64,000 bases of DNA, from assembly GCA_963832655.1 (NCBI GenBank), contig CAWHUW010000005.1, forward strand, positions 65,014 to 129,013. Reading direction: 5' to 3'. Position 1 is the first letter of the stretch. Each line of letters opens with the position of its first letter. This DNA comes from an uncultured Thermoleophilia bacterium. GTDB taxonomy: Bacteria; Actinomycetota; Thermoleophilia; UBA2241. The notes below the pieces were generated by a model. The model saw nothing but the letters and a program-made list of their open reading frames with translations. It ran no database searches and was not told where the DNA came from. The position numbers and the translations under genes are program-made. Below are positions 23,274 to 31,509 of the stretch, piece by piece.

Positions 23274-24446
23274 TTATTCGGCCGCCGGCTGCACCGGCGC
23301 GGTGGCCAGCGCGCCGTCCTGCACGATGACGATGCTAAGTGGCTTGATGACGTCGCCGTTCTCGTCGAAGGTGATCGGGCCGGAGATGCCCTCGTAGGTG
23401 CCGATCTCGGCAAGCGCGTCGTTGATTGCCGTGCGGTCGTTCGAGCCGGCCTTCTCGGCCGCGGCCGCGGCGAGCATGGTCACGTCGTACGCGTTGGCCG
23501 CGAACCAGTCGGGGTTGGCGCCCTCGAACTTGGCCTTGTACGCCTCGACGAACGCCTGCACCGCCGGATCGTCCTTGGTGTAGTCGAAGAAGGTCGAGAC
23601 GAGCATGCCCTCGACCGCCGCCTTGCCGAGCTTGGGCAGCTCGTCGGAGGCGTACCCGTCGGAGCCGAGAAGCTGGACGTCCATGCCGAGCTCGCTGGCC
23701 TGCTGGGCGATCTTCGAGCCCTCCGGGTAGTAGCCCGAGAGGAAGATCAGCTCGGGGCCGGCGCCCTTGACCTTGGTGAGCTGGGCTTTGAAGTCGGTGT
23801 CGCCGGCGGCGTACTGCTCCTTGGCGACGACCGAGCCGCCGGCCGCCTTGATGCCGGCGTCGTAGGCATCGGCGAGGCCGCGCCCATAGTCGGAGTTGTC
23901 GTAGATGATGGCCACGTTCTTCATGCCGAGATCGTTCACGCTGTAGTTGGCGAGACCCGCGCCCTGGACGGCGTCGGTCATGCAGATGCGCCAGACGAAA
24001 GCGCCCAGGGAGGTGATGTCCGGCTGGGTGGCCGACGGCGTGATCATGGGCAGGCCGGCGGCCTCGTACTTGGCGCCGGCCGCGATGGTCGCGCCGGAGA
24101 ACATGTGGCCGTTCACAAGGACGAGTTCGCTGTCGTCGATGAACTTCTGGGCCACGAGCACGGCCTCTTTCGGGTCGCCCAGGTCGTCGCCCAGTTCCAT
24201 GGACGCGTCGGCGCCGTTGACGCCGCCGTCGGCGTTGAGCTCTTCGATGGCGATCTCGACGCCGGCCTTGTGCGAGGCGCCGTAGGTGGCGTACTGGCCG
24301 GTCATGGGGCCGGCGACGCCGATCTTGAACGGCGCGGCGGCTTCGTCGCCGCCGTCGTCGCCGCCGCAACCGGCCACGACAAACACGGCCACGGCCGCGA
24401 GGACGAGAACGGAGAACAGGATGAGTTTCGCGCGCGTGTCCTTCAA
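23274..24446 (-). CDS. branched-chain amino acid ABC transporter substrate-binding lipoprotein (LivK/LivJ family)
   Basis: TTG start follows AAGGGAGG. Lipobox LAAVAVFVVAGCGG. Type-1 periplasmic binding fold (IGVAGPMTGQYATYG...). Confidence 0.9.
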   Translation of the reverse strand: MKDTRAKLILFSVLVLAAVAVFVVAGCGGDDGGDEAAAPFKIGVAGPMTGQYATYGASHKAGVEIAIEELNADGGVNGADASMELGDDLGDPKEAVLVAQKFIDDSELVLVNGHMFSGATIAAGAKYEAAGLPMITPSATQPDITSLGAFVWRICMTDAVQGAGLANYSVNDLGMKNVAIIYDNSDYGRGLADAYDAGIKAAGGSVVAKEQYAAGDTDFKAQLTKVKGAGPELIFLSGYYPEGSKIAQQASELGMDVQLLGSDGYASDELPKLGKAAVEGMLVSTFFDYTKDDPAVQAFVEAYKAKFEGANPDWFAANAYDVTMLAAAAAEKAGSNDRTAINDALAEIGTYEGISGPITFDENGDVIKPLSIVIVQDGALATAPVQPAAE

Positions 24447-24536
24447 GTTGCCTCCCTTTGGGGACTGCAGTGACGACGCGGGACCACGCCGCCGGAACGG
24501 TAGGCTCCGGAGGCCGGTCCCGCTCGATTGCCGGGG

Positions 24537-24566
24537 AGTCTAGAGGCGCACTGAGGGCTCCGTCAA
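24537..24566 (-). promoter_or_regulatory. candidate sigma-70-type promoter of the liv operon (-35 TTGACG, 18-nt spacer, -10 TAGACT)
   Basis: The minus strand reads TTGACG-GAGCCCTCAGTGCGCCTC-TAGACT about 90 nt upstream of the livK TTG start. Pattern match only. Confidence 0.35.
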
Positions 24567-24754
24567 ATCCCGCGCCTCGTGGAGAGCCGCCCCGCCACGA
24601 TCTGAGGCACGCGGGCGCCGGACGGATACAATCGGGAGCACGGACGGGACTGACCGTGGATGACCTCCTGCGGCCCGGCGCGTCAGAACGGCGCCGGCCG
24701 CGTCCTGGCCTCAGCCCAGGTCCTCGCCCGATGCCCGAAGAGAAGGAGCCCGCG

Positions 24755-25967
24755 ATGCCCGACGAGCCGCAGAACCCCGTCACCGCCCCCGCCCGCGACC
24801 TCTCGCCCGCGACGCTCGCCGTCTGGGCGGGCGAGGGTGAGTCGCTTGTCCAGGGCGCGACCCAGGTCGCCGATCGTGTACAGCGCCGCCTACGGCTACC
24901 CCGACGTCGACGAGTGGCTCGACGTCGCCTTGGGCCGCAAGCCGGGTCACATCTACAGCCGCAACACGAACCCGACCGTGTGCGCCTTCGAGGAGAAGCT
25001 CCGGATCCTCGAAGGGGCCGACGCGGCGACGAGCTTCGCCACGGGCATGGCGGCGGTCAGCAACACGCTCTTCGCCCTGCTCTCACCCGGCGACCGCGTC
25101 GTCTCGGTCAAGGACACTTACGGCGGCACCAACGTCGTCTTCACCGACTTCCTTCCGCGCTTCGGCATCGAGGTGGAGCTCTGTGACACGACCGACCACG
25201 AGCAGATCGAGGCCACAGTCGCGGGCGGCTGCACGTTGCTCTACCTCGAGACGCCGACGAACCCGACGCTCAAGGTGGTCGACATCGCCCGCCTCGCCGC
25301 CGCCGGGCGCGCCGCGGGAGCGACAGTGGTCGTGGACAACACGTTCGCGACGCCGCTCAACCAGAGCCCGCTCCAGCTCGGAGCCGGCCTCGTCCTGCAC
25401 AGCGCCACCAAGTACCTCGGCGGGCACGCCGACGTGCTCGGCGGCGCGATCTGCGGGTCGTCGGAGCTCGTCAAGAAGGTCTACCACTACCGCGAGATCA
25501 CCGGCGCCACGCTCGATCCCATGGCGGCCTACCTGCTCATCCGCAGCATGAAGACGCTGGCGCTGCGGGTCGGCCGGCAGAACGAGAGCGCCCTGCGCAT
25601 CGCGCAGTGGCTCGAGGCGCAGCCGGCCGTCGTCGTCGTCAACTACCCCGGACTCGCCTCCCACCCGGGACACGAGATCGCGGCGCGGCAGATGCGCGGC
25701 TTCGGCGGCATGCTCAGCTTCGGCCTCGAAGGAGGCTTCGAGGCCGTCAAGCGCGTCCTGCCGCGCCTCAAGCTCGCCCACCGCGCCGCCAACCTCGGCG
25801 CCGTCGAGACCGTCGCCGGGCCGCCGGCGACGACGAGCCACGTCGAGTGCACGCCCGAGGAGCGCGCGGCGATGGGCATCCCGGAAGGGCTGATCCGCTA
25901 CTCCGTCGGCATCGAGGACGCCGGCGACCTCATCGCCGACCTCGAGCAGGCGCTGACGGCCGCTTAG
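24755..25967 (+). CDS. Cys/Met-metabolism PLP-dependent enzyme (cystathionine gamma-synthase/lyase family); one frameshift near 24865
   Basis: ATG 24755 follows GAAGGAG. SRNTNPT, DNTFATP and PLP-lysine HSATKYLGGHAD. The N-terminal 37 codons are in a different frame. Confidence 0.85.
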
Positions 25968-26005
25968 GGCTGCCGCGCCCGCTGATCAGGTGGCCGGCGG
26001 CTCGT

Positions 26006-27829
26006 TCAGCCGCCGGCTGCAGACGACCGCGCAGGCCGGCTGTCGCCCCGACCCTGCGCGAGTATTGTCAACCGCACCCGGGACGGGTGAGCGGCGTCGT
26101 GCAGCACCGTCTGGTCCGCGACGACGGGCTCCGTCTCACGGCCGAAGATGCCTCCCCCATTGAGGTTGCGGTCCCAGCGGTCGAAGGAGCTGCTCGAGAT
26201 CTCGAGCCGCAGGCGGTGTCCGGACGGCACGCGATAGGCCACGGAGCCGAGGTCGATCGCGTACTCGTACACCCGCCCCGGCTCGATGAGCGTCGGCGCC
26301 CGCTCTGAGTCGCGGTAGCGGGCGCGCACGATGCCCTCGCGGATGAGCTGGGCGAAGCCGTCGGGGAAGACGTCCACGAGGGCGGCCGTGAAGTCGGTGT
26401 CTCGCGCCGAGCTGGCGGCGAAGAGCGTGACGGCGACCGGCCCGGCGAGGTCGAAGCCGGACGCCGACTCCTCACCGGTGTAGACGAGCACGTCCGGCCG
26501 ATCCTCAAGTGGGCGTCGGTCGCCCATGACCCCGGCCATCTCCCAGACGTTGCGGTCCAGCCAGTGCGCGGCCGGGTCGGCGGGATCGTAGCGATACTGG
26601 TCCGCGGCCGGCTCGCCGGACGGCGACGAGCTCAGGCGGCCGTCAGAAGGGGCCGCGGCAGCGCCACCGTCGCTGCGCAGGAAGAGTTCGCGGCTCGTCG
26701 CCTCCGGCGGCGGCCACGATCCGGCACCGCGCCACTCGTCGGCGCCCGTCAGGTAGTAGCGCACCCGTGGCTCGTCACCGACCCCGTTGTCCTCGCCCTT
26801 CAGGTAGTGATCCATGAAGCGGCGCACGCGATCGTGGGTGAACCCCAGCCCCGGCACCGGCGTTCTGCCGGCGACACCCGAGAACTCGGGACTGAGTTCG
26901 TGGTCGCCGGCGCCGAGCGCGAGGTGCTGCCGGCGTCGGGTCTCCGGGTCGCGGCTTCGCTCGCTCACCAGAGACCAGCCGTCGATAGCGCCGTTGGTGT
27001 GGACGTCGTACCAGCCGCTCCAGTGCAGCATCGGCACGGTCACGTCCTCGTAGCGGATGTGCTCCACCGCCGCGTCCCAGAACTCGTCACGCGAGGGATG
27101 CGCGATGAGGTTCTGGTACCAGGGACTGCGCCTGCCGGCCGCCGCGTCGGTCGACTCCAGCGGCAGGTGCCACGCATCGCAGCGGTAGTGGTTCAGATAC
27201 CGCTGGTGGTTCATCTCGAAGTGCCAGACGGCGGCGGTGGCGAAGCTCAGCGCGCCGCCGTCGTGTACGTTCGTGTAGCGGTCAGGGTGAACGTCGCCGG
27301 GCGCCAGGCATCGCAGGTTGGGATGGCCGAGAGACGCCACGGCCCACTGCGTGCTGCCGTAGTAGGACTCGCCGGTCATGCCGATGTCGCCGTTGCACCA
27401 GGGCTGCGCGGCGACCCATTCAAGCGTGTCCCAGCCATCGGCGCCCTCGTCGACGTAGGGCTCGAAGACGCCCTCGGACCTGAACCGGCCGCGCACGTCC
27501 TGCACGACACAGGCGTAGCCCTTGCGCGCCCAGAAGCGTCCGTGGGCGGGCATGTAGCAGTACGCCTCGTCCTTGCCGTACGGCAAGCGGATGAGGACGG
27601 TCGGGAACGAGGGCGGGCGATCGGGCAGATCGTCGCCGGGAAGATACACGTTCGCGAACAGGCGCACGCCGTCGCGCATCGGCGCCGGCAGGTCCCGCAG
27701 CTCCCTCACCCGCCGGCACAGGTCGGGCGTGCCGGTGGGCAGCTCCTGCCTGCCCAGGCGCAACGTGCGCTTGAGCCGCTGGCGCAGGCGCTCCCACGCC
27801 CAGCGGGCTTCGGCCTCGAGGCGGTCCAC
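26006..27829 (-). CDS. CocE/NonD-family hydrolase (X-Pro dipeptidyl-peptidase S15 family)
   Basis: Intact 607-aa ORF. VLIRLPYGKD, YACVVQDVRGRFRSEG and the nucleophile elbow GMTGESYYG. The start lies 7 nt after the stop of the upstream SBP gene. Confidence 0.85.
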   Translation of the reverse strand: MDRLEAEARWAWERLRQRLKRTLRLGRQELPTGTPDLCRRVRELRDLPAPMRDGVRLFANVYLPGDDLPDRPPSFPTVLIRLPYGKDEAYCYMPAHGRFWARKGYACVVQDVRGRFRSEGVFEPYVDEGADGWDTLEWVAAQPWCNGDIGMTGESYYGSTQWAVASLGHPNLRCLAPGDVHPDRYTNVHDGGALSFATAAVWHFEMNHQRYLNHYRCDAWHLPLESTDAAAGRRSPWYQNLIAHPSRDEFWDAAVEHIRYEDVTVPMLHWSGWYDVHTNGAIDGWSLVSERSRDPETRRRQHLALGAGDHELSPEFSGVAGRTPVPGLGFTHDRVRRFMDHYLKGEDNGVGDEPRVRYYLTGADEWRGAGSWPPPEATSRELFLRSDGGAAAAPSDGRLSSSPSGEPAADQYRYDPADPAAHWLDRNVWEMAGVMGDRRPLEDRPDVLVYTGEESASGFDLAGPVAVTLFAASSARDTDFTAALVDVFPDGFAQLIREGIVRARYRDSERAPTLIEPGRVYEYAIDLGSVAYRVPSGHRLRLEISSSSFDRWDRNLNGGGIFGRETEPVVADQTVLHDAAHPSRVRLTILAQGRGDSRPARSSAAGG

Positions 27830-27836
27830 GACGGCG

Positions 27837-29768
27837 CTAGGCGATCGTCTCCGGCCGGCGCCGTCTCCTCACGACGACCACCACTATGGCGATGACGACG
27901 GCCGCGGCGACGACGATGGCCGCGATCCACAGCGTCGACGAGCCCTCATCGGCCGCCGCGGTGGCGGCCGGCTGCACCTTGATGTAGCTCTCGAGGACGT
28001 ACTGACAGCCGATGGCGGGGCCAGTCTCGGCCGGCGAGCGCACCCAGCCCTCCCAGTCCTGCGTGTTCCACGCCGTGAGCACGCCCGGCTCGGCGAAGAA
28101 GATCTCGGGGCTCTCGCGGTAGACCAGCTCCTGCATGTCGTGGATGATGGCTTGCCGCTCGGTGGGGTCGATCGCGCGCTGCTGCTGGAGGTAGAGGTCG
28201 TCGTACTCCGCATTGGACCAGTTGCAGTCGCTCCAGTTCTCGATCTGCCCCGTGGTGAACGCGGCGAGCAGGAAGTCCGGATCGATGTCGCCGCTCCAGC
28301 CCCAGAGGAACATGTCGAAGTCCGGCGCGAAGGCGTCGCCCTCGTAGTTCCACATGCGGTCGATGAGGACGCCCTCGTCCAGGACCTCGTACTTGATGTC
28401 CAGGCCGATGTCCTCGAACCAGCCGGTCATGAACTTGCCGGCCGACTGGCGCTCCGGCGACCGCTTGAGCACCCAGAAGCGGAGGGAGATAGGCTCGCCC
28501 TCGTACTCGCGGATCCCGTCGCCGTCGGCGTCCGTGTAGCCGGCGGCCTCGAGTTCCGCCTTGGCCTTCTCGAGATCGAAGGTGTAGCGCACGTCGTCCG
28601 GCGGGGTCCAGTGCCAGTCGGGGTCCTTGTAGTAGTCCGTGACGATCACCGTCTCGGCCGGCACCGCGTAGCCGGAGTACGCGACCTCGACGATCTTCTC
28701 CTTGTCGATCGCGTAGTTGAGCGCCCGCCTGAAGGCCGGGTCGAGCAGCACCGGGTTCCCCTTCGTCTTGGGGTACACCTTCGGGTCTGCGCAGTTGAAG
28801 CCGAGGTCGTGGACCAGCCGGAAGGGGTCACTCGTGGAGGTGGCGAAGCGAGCGTCGCTCTCGACGTTGATGAACGTGGCCGGCAGCAGCTCCGTGGCGG
28901 CATCGAGCGTGCCCGAGAGCAGGTCCTGCGCCATCGTGTCTGCGTTCTGGTAGGTCTGGAAGATCAGTTCGTCGACCTGCGGGGTGCCCCCCCAGTAGTC
29001 CTTGTTGGCCTCCAGCCGCACGAAGTCGCTCTTCTTGCGCTCGACGATCTGAAAGGGTCCCGTCCCGACGATGGGCGGCGGGTTCTGGAAGGCCTCCTCG
29101 GCGTCCGCCGGATCGATCTTCGACCACACGTGCTCGGGCAGGATCGGGATGACGAGCGAGAGCATGTTCGCTTTGGGCTGCGAGCAGACGAACTTCACGG
29201 TGTGGTCGTCGATCGCGGTCACGGTCTCGATCGAGGTGGTGAACCCCAGGAACATGCCCAGCTCGTTGTCCATGATGTAGTTGAACGTGAACGCCACGTC
29301 ATCGGCCGTGAACGCCTCTCCGTCGTGCCAGGTGACGCCCTGGCGCAGGTTGAAGGTCCACTCCTTGCCGTCGTCGGACGTCGTCCAGCTCTCGGCCAGC
29401 CCTGGCCGCGTCTCGAGCGTGGCGGCGTCCCAGCTCGTGAGGTAGTCGTAGTTGAGGCCGAACAGCTCGTACGACGACGTCTCGATGCCGACGAACGGGT
29501 TCAGGCTGTCGGGGTCGGTCGTCCATCCCACGCGGAGGATCAACTTGTCCTCGGCGGCGCTCGGGCTCGCCCCGTCGTCGCCGAGCGCCGACGTCACGCC
29601 GAGCGCCCCGAAGATGACCAACAGACTCGGCCGCCAGCAGAGCGCCACGTCGTCCCAGATGACCTGCGGAATGACGGCGCCTCGCGGAGCCGCGCGACTT
29701 GCGTCCCATGAATCCCCCCTGTTGCCGTGGCGGCGTGTCCGCGGGGACACGTCAGACGTGACTGTCAA
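27837..29768 (-). CDS. family-5 (peptide/nickel-type) solute-binding protein with C-terminal transmembrane anchor
   Basis: LRVGWTTDPDSLNPFVG, WHDGEAFTADDVAFTFNY. N-terminal signal-like LLVIFGALGVTSALG. C-terminal WIAAIVVAAAVVIAIVVVVVRRRRR. No ABC permease or ATPase gene is adjacent. Confidence 0.85.
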   Translation of the reverse strand: MTVTSDVSPRTRRHGNRGDSWDASRAAPRGAVIPQVIWDDVALCWRPSLLVIFGALGVTSALGDDGASPSAAEDKLILRVGWTTDPDSLNPFVGIETSSYELFGLNYDYLTSWDAATLETRPGLAESWTTSDDGKEWTFNLRQGVTWHDGEAFTADDVAFTFNYIMDNELGMFLGFTTSIETVTAIDDHTVKFVCSQPKANMLSLVIPILPEHVWSKIDPADAEEAFQNPPPIVGTGPFQIVERKKSDFVRLEANKDYWGGTPQVDELIFQTYQNADTMAQDLLSGTLDAATELLPATFINVESDARFATSTSDPFRLVHDLGFNCADPKVYPKTKGNPVLLDPAFRRALNYAIDKEKIVEVAYSGYAVPAETVIVTDYYKDPDWHWTPPDDVRYTFDLEKAKAELEAAGYTDADGDGIREYEGEPISLRFWVLKRSPERQSAGKFMTGWFEDIGLDIKYEVLDEGVLIDRMWNYEGDAFAPDFDMFLWGWSGDIDPDFLLAAFTTGQIENWSDCNWSNAEYDDLYLQQQRAIDPTERQAIIHDMQELVYRESPEIFFAEPGVLTAWNTQDWEGWVRSPAETGPAIGCQYVLESYIKVQPAATAAADEGSSTLWIAAIVVAAAVVIAIVVVVVRRRRRPETIA

Positions 29769-29887
29769 CTATGTGATTGTCTACCGTCTTGTCAAGGCCG
29801 ACATCACCGCCGAGGAGTTCGAGGAGACGGCGAAGCGGGCGCTCGCGCCGGTCTGATCCAGGCCCGCGAGGCTTCGCGCCGAGCAGC

Positions 29888-29927
29888 GAAAAGGTAAGGG
29901 GCGGGGCGCCGTACGGCGCCCCGCCCC
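29888..29927 (-). terminator. intrinsic terminator-like hairpin after the DUF1269-like gene
   Basis: GGGGCGGGGCGCC-GTAC-GGCGCCCCGCCCC (29898-29927), followed on the minus strand by TTACCTTTTC. Confidence 0.5.
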
Positions 29928-29949
29928 GCGACCCCGGCTGAGGACAGCC

Positions 29950-30462
29950 TCAGGCCTCCTGCTTCTTGGTCTCCTCGAGAGCGTCCTTGAGTTCCTTGGC
30001 GGTCTGCTTGTCGGCCTCTTTGACCGCCTTCTTCTCGGCCTTGGCCAGCTGCTTCTCGACCGCCTCCACCCAGATCTCCTCGAAGACGGCGACGACGCCC
30101 GACGTTCCGGGCGGGATCACGTCTTCGAGGTCCTTCTCGAGGCCCTTCTCCTGGTGGTGGTCGCGGAGCTTGCCGACGACACCGCCGATCAAGCCGCCGA
30201 CGACCATGGCGCCGAGAAGCGGCGGGGCGAACAGGCCGAGGACGAGGCCGCCGGTGACACCGACCGTGGCGCCCTTGAAGACGTCGTGGTCGCCGGTGTC
30301 CTTGACGTGCATGGTGCCGTCGGCGTCGCGAGCCACCAGGATGGCGCCGTCGATCATGATAAGGCCCTCGCGCTGAGCCTTCTTGAGGGCGTCGTAGTCG
30401 ATCTTCGCCGCGGTGGGGTCGCTGTACCCGGCGATGTAGAGGTCGAGCGGTGCGTCCGTCAT
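29950..30462 (-). CDS. DUF1269-like membrane protein (Gly-zipper TM segment, Lys/Glu-rich tail)
   Basis: ATG 30462 follows GGAGGAAT (MTDAPLDLYIAGYSDPTAAKIDYDALKKAQREG...). Only the last 171 codons of the 1120-aa ORF 29950-33312 look coding. Confidence 0.7.
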   Translation of the reverse strand: MTDAPLDLYIAGYSDPTAAKIDYDALKKAQREGLIMIDGAILVARDADGTMHVKDTGDHDVFKGATVGVTGGLVLGLFAPPLLGAMVVGGLIGGVVGKLRDHHQEKGLEKDLEDVIPPGTSGVVAVFEEIWVEAVEKQLAKAEKKAVKEADKQTAKELKDALEETKKQEA

Positions 30463-30669
30463 GATTCCTCCCGGAGATGATACGAGCGTGCGGTGAGCTT
30501 CCCGCCTGAGGCTTGTATCCGGATTCCTCGCACGGGAAACGACTCGCGCACGGCGGTCCTTCCGCGGTCTCTTCCCTGGACCGCCACGCTGGTGTACCTT
30601 GTGGGATAGTCCGGCATACGACCGGCTGAAACCACACAAGTCGACCGACGACGAAGGGGAGTCGCGCGT

Positions 30670-31500
30670 ATGCACACGATCATCGACCGCCAGGAGCTCA
30701 CCAAGGGAGATATGATCTCGATCACCGTCGAGGCGCCGGCCATCGCCCGCAAGATCCACCCCGGGCAGTTCATCGTCCTGCGCGTCAACGAGACCGGCGA
30801 GCGCACGCCCCTCACCGTCGCCTACAAGGACGAGGTCCACGGCACCATCACCATCATCTTCCAGGTGCTCGGCAAGACCACGGCCATGCTCTCCTCCCTC
30901 AAGATCGGCGACGCCATCAAGGACCTGGTCGGCCCGCTGGGCTGCGACGAGCGCTTCAAGAAGGTCGGCACGGTCGTCGGCATCGGCGGGGGTTCGGGCA
31001 TCGCCGTGCTGCATCACATCCTGCAGGGCTCCAAGGAGGCCGGGAACTCGCTGATCGGCATCGTCGGCGCGCGTGAGAAGGCGCTTTTGATCCTCGAGAA
31101 CGAGATGGACGACCTCTGCGAACGGCTGCTGATCACCACCGACGACGGCAGCTACGGCATTCACGGACTGGTCACCGACGCCCTCGCCCAGCTGGTCGAG
31201 GAACAGGTGCATATCGACGAGGTGATCGCCGTCGGTCCCCTGATCATGATGCGTGCCGTCTGCGAGATGACCCGGTTGTACCAGATCCCCACCCTCGTGA
31301 GCCTCAACCCGATCATGGTCGACGGCACCGGCATGTGCGGCGGCTGTCGGGTGACGGTCGGGGGCGAGACAAGGTTCGCCTGCGTCGATGGCCCGCACTT
31401 CGACGGTCATAAGGTCGACTTCGACGAGCTGATGCGGCGCAACATGATGTACTCGCGCGACGAACGCACGTCGCTGCTGACCTCGATCAAGGCGCGATAG
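30670..31500 (+). CDS. NfnA/SudB-like ferredoxin-NADP+ reductase subunit alpha (PyrK-like FAD/NAD-binding, 2Fe-2S)
   Basis: RVNETGERTPLTVA, GIGGGSGIAVLHHI and the C-terminal CGGCRVTVGGETRFACVDGP. Confidence 0.85.
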   Translation: MHTIIDRQELTKGDMISITVEAPAIARKIHPGQFIVLRVNETGERTPLTVAYKDEVHGTITIIFQVLGKTTAMLSSLKIGDAIKDLVGPLGCDERFKKVGTVVGIGGGSGIAVLHHILQGSKEAGNSLIGIVGAREKALLILENEMDDLCERLLITTDDGSYGIHGLVTDALAQLVEEQVHIDEVIAVGPLIMMRAVCEMTRLYQIPTLVSLNPIMVDGTGMCGGCRVTVGGETRFACVDGPHFDGHKVDFDELMRRNMMYSRDERTSLLTSIKAR

Positions 31501-31509
31501 GGGGCCGGG

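Noticed and set aside
24633-24754. Possible SAM or other riboswitch in the ~115-nt leader of the Cys/Met PLP-enzyme gene (a TACAAT -10-like hexamer at 24627-24632 precedes it)
   Set aside because: I could not recognise the conserved cores of the SAM-I, SAM-II or SAM-IV classes, or any convincing multi-stem structure, by eye. A covariance-model scan (Rfam/Infernal) would be needed; nothing is claimed.
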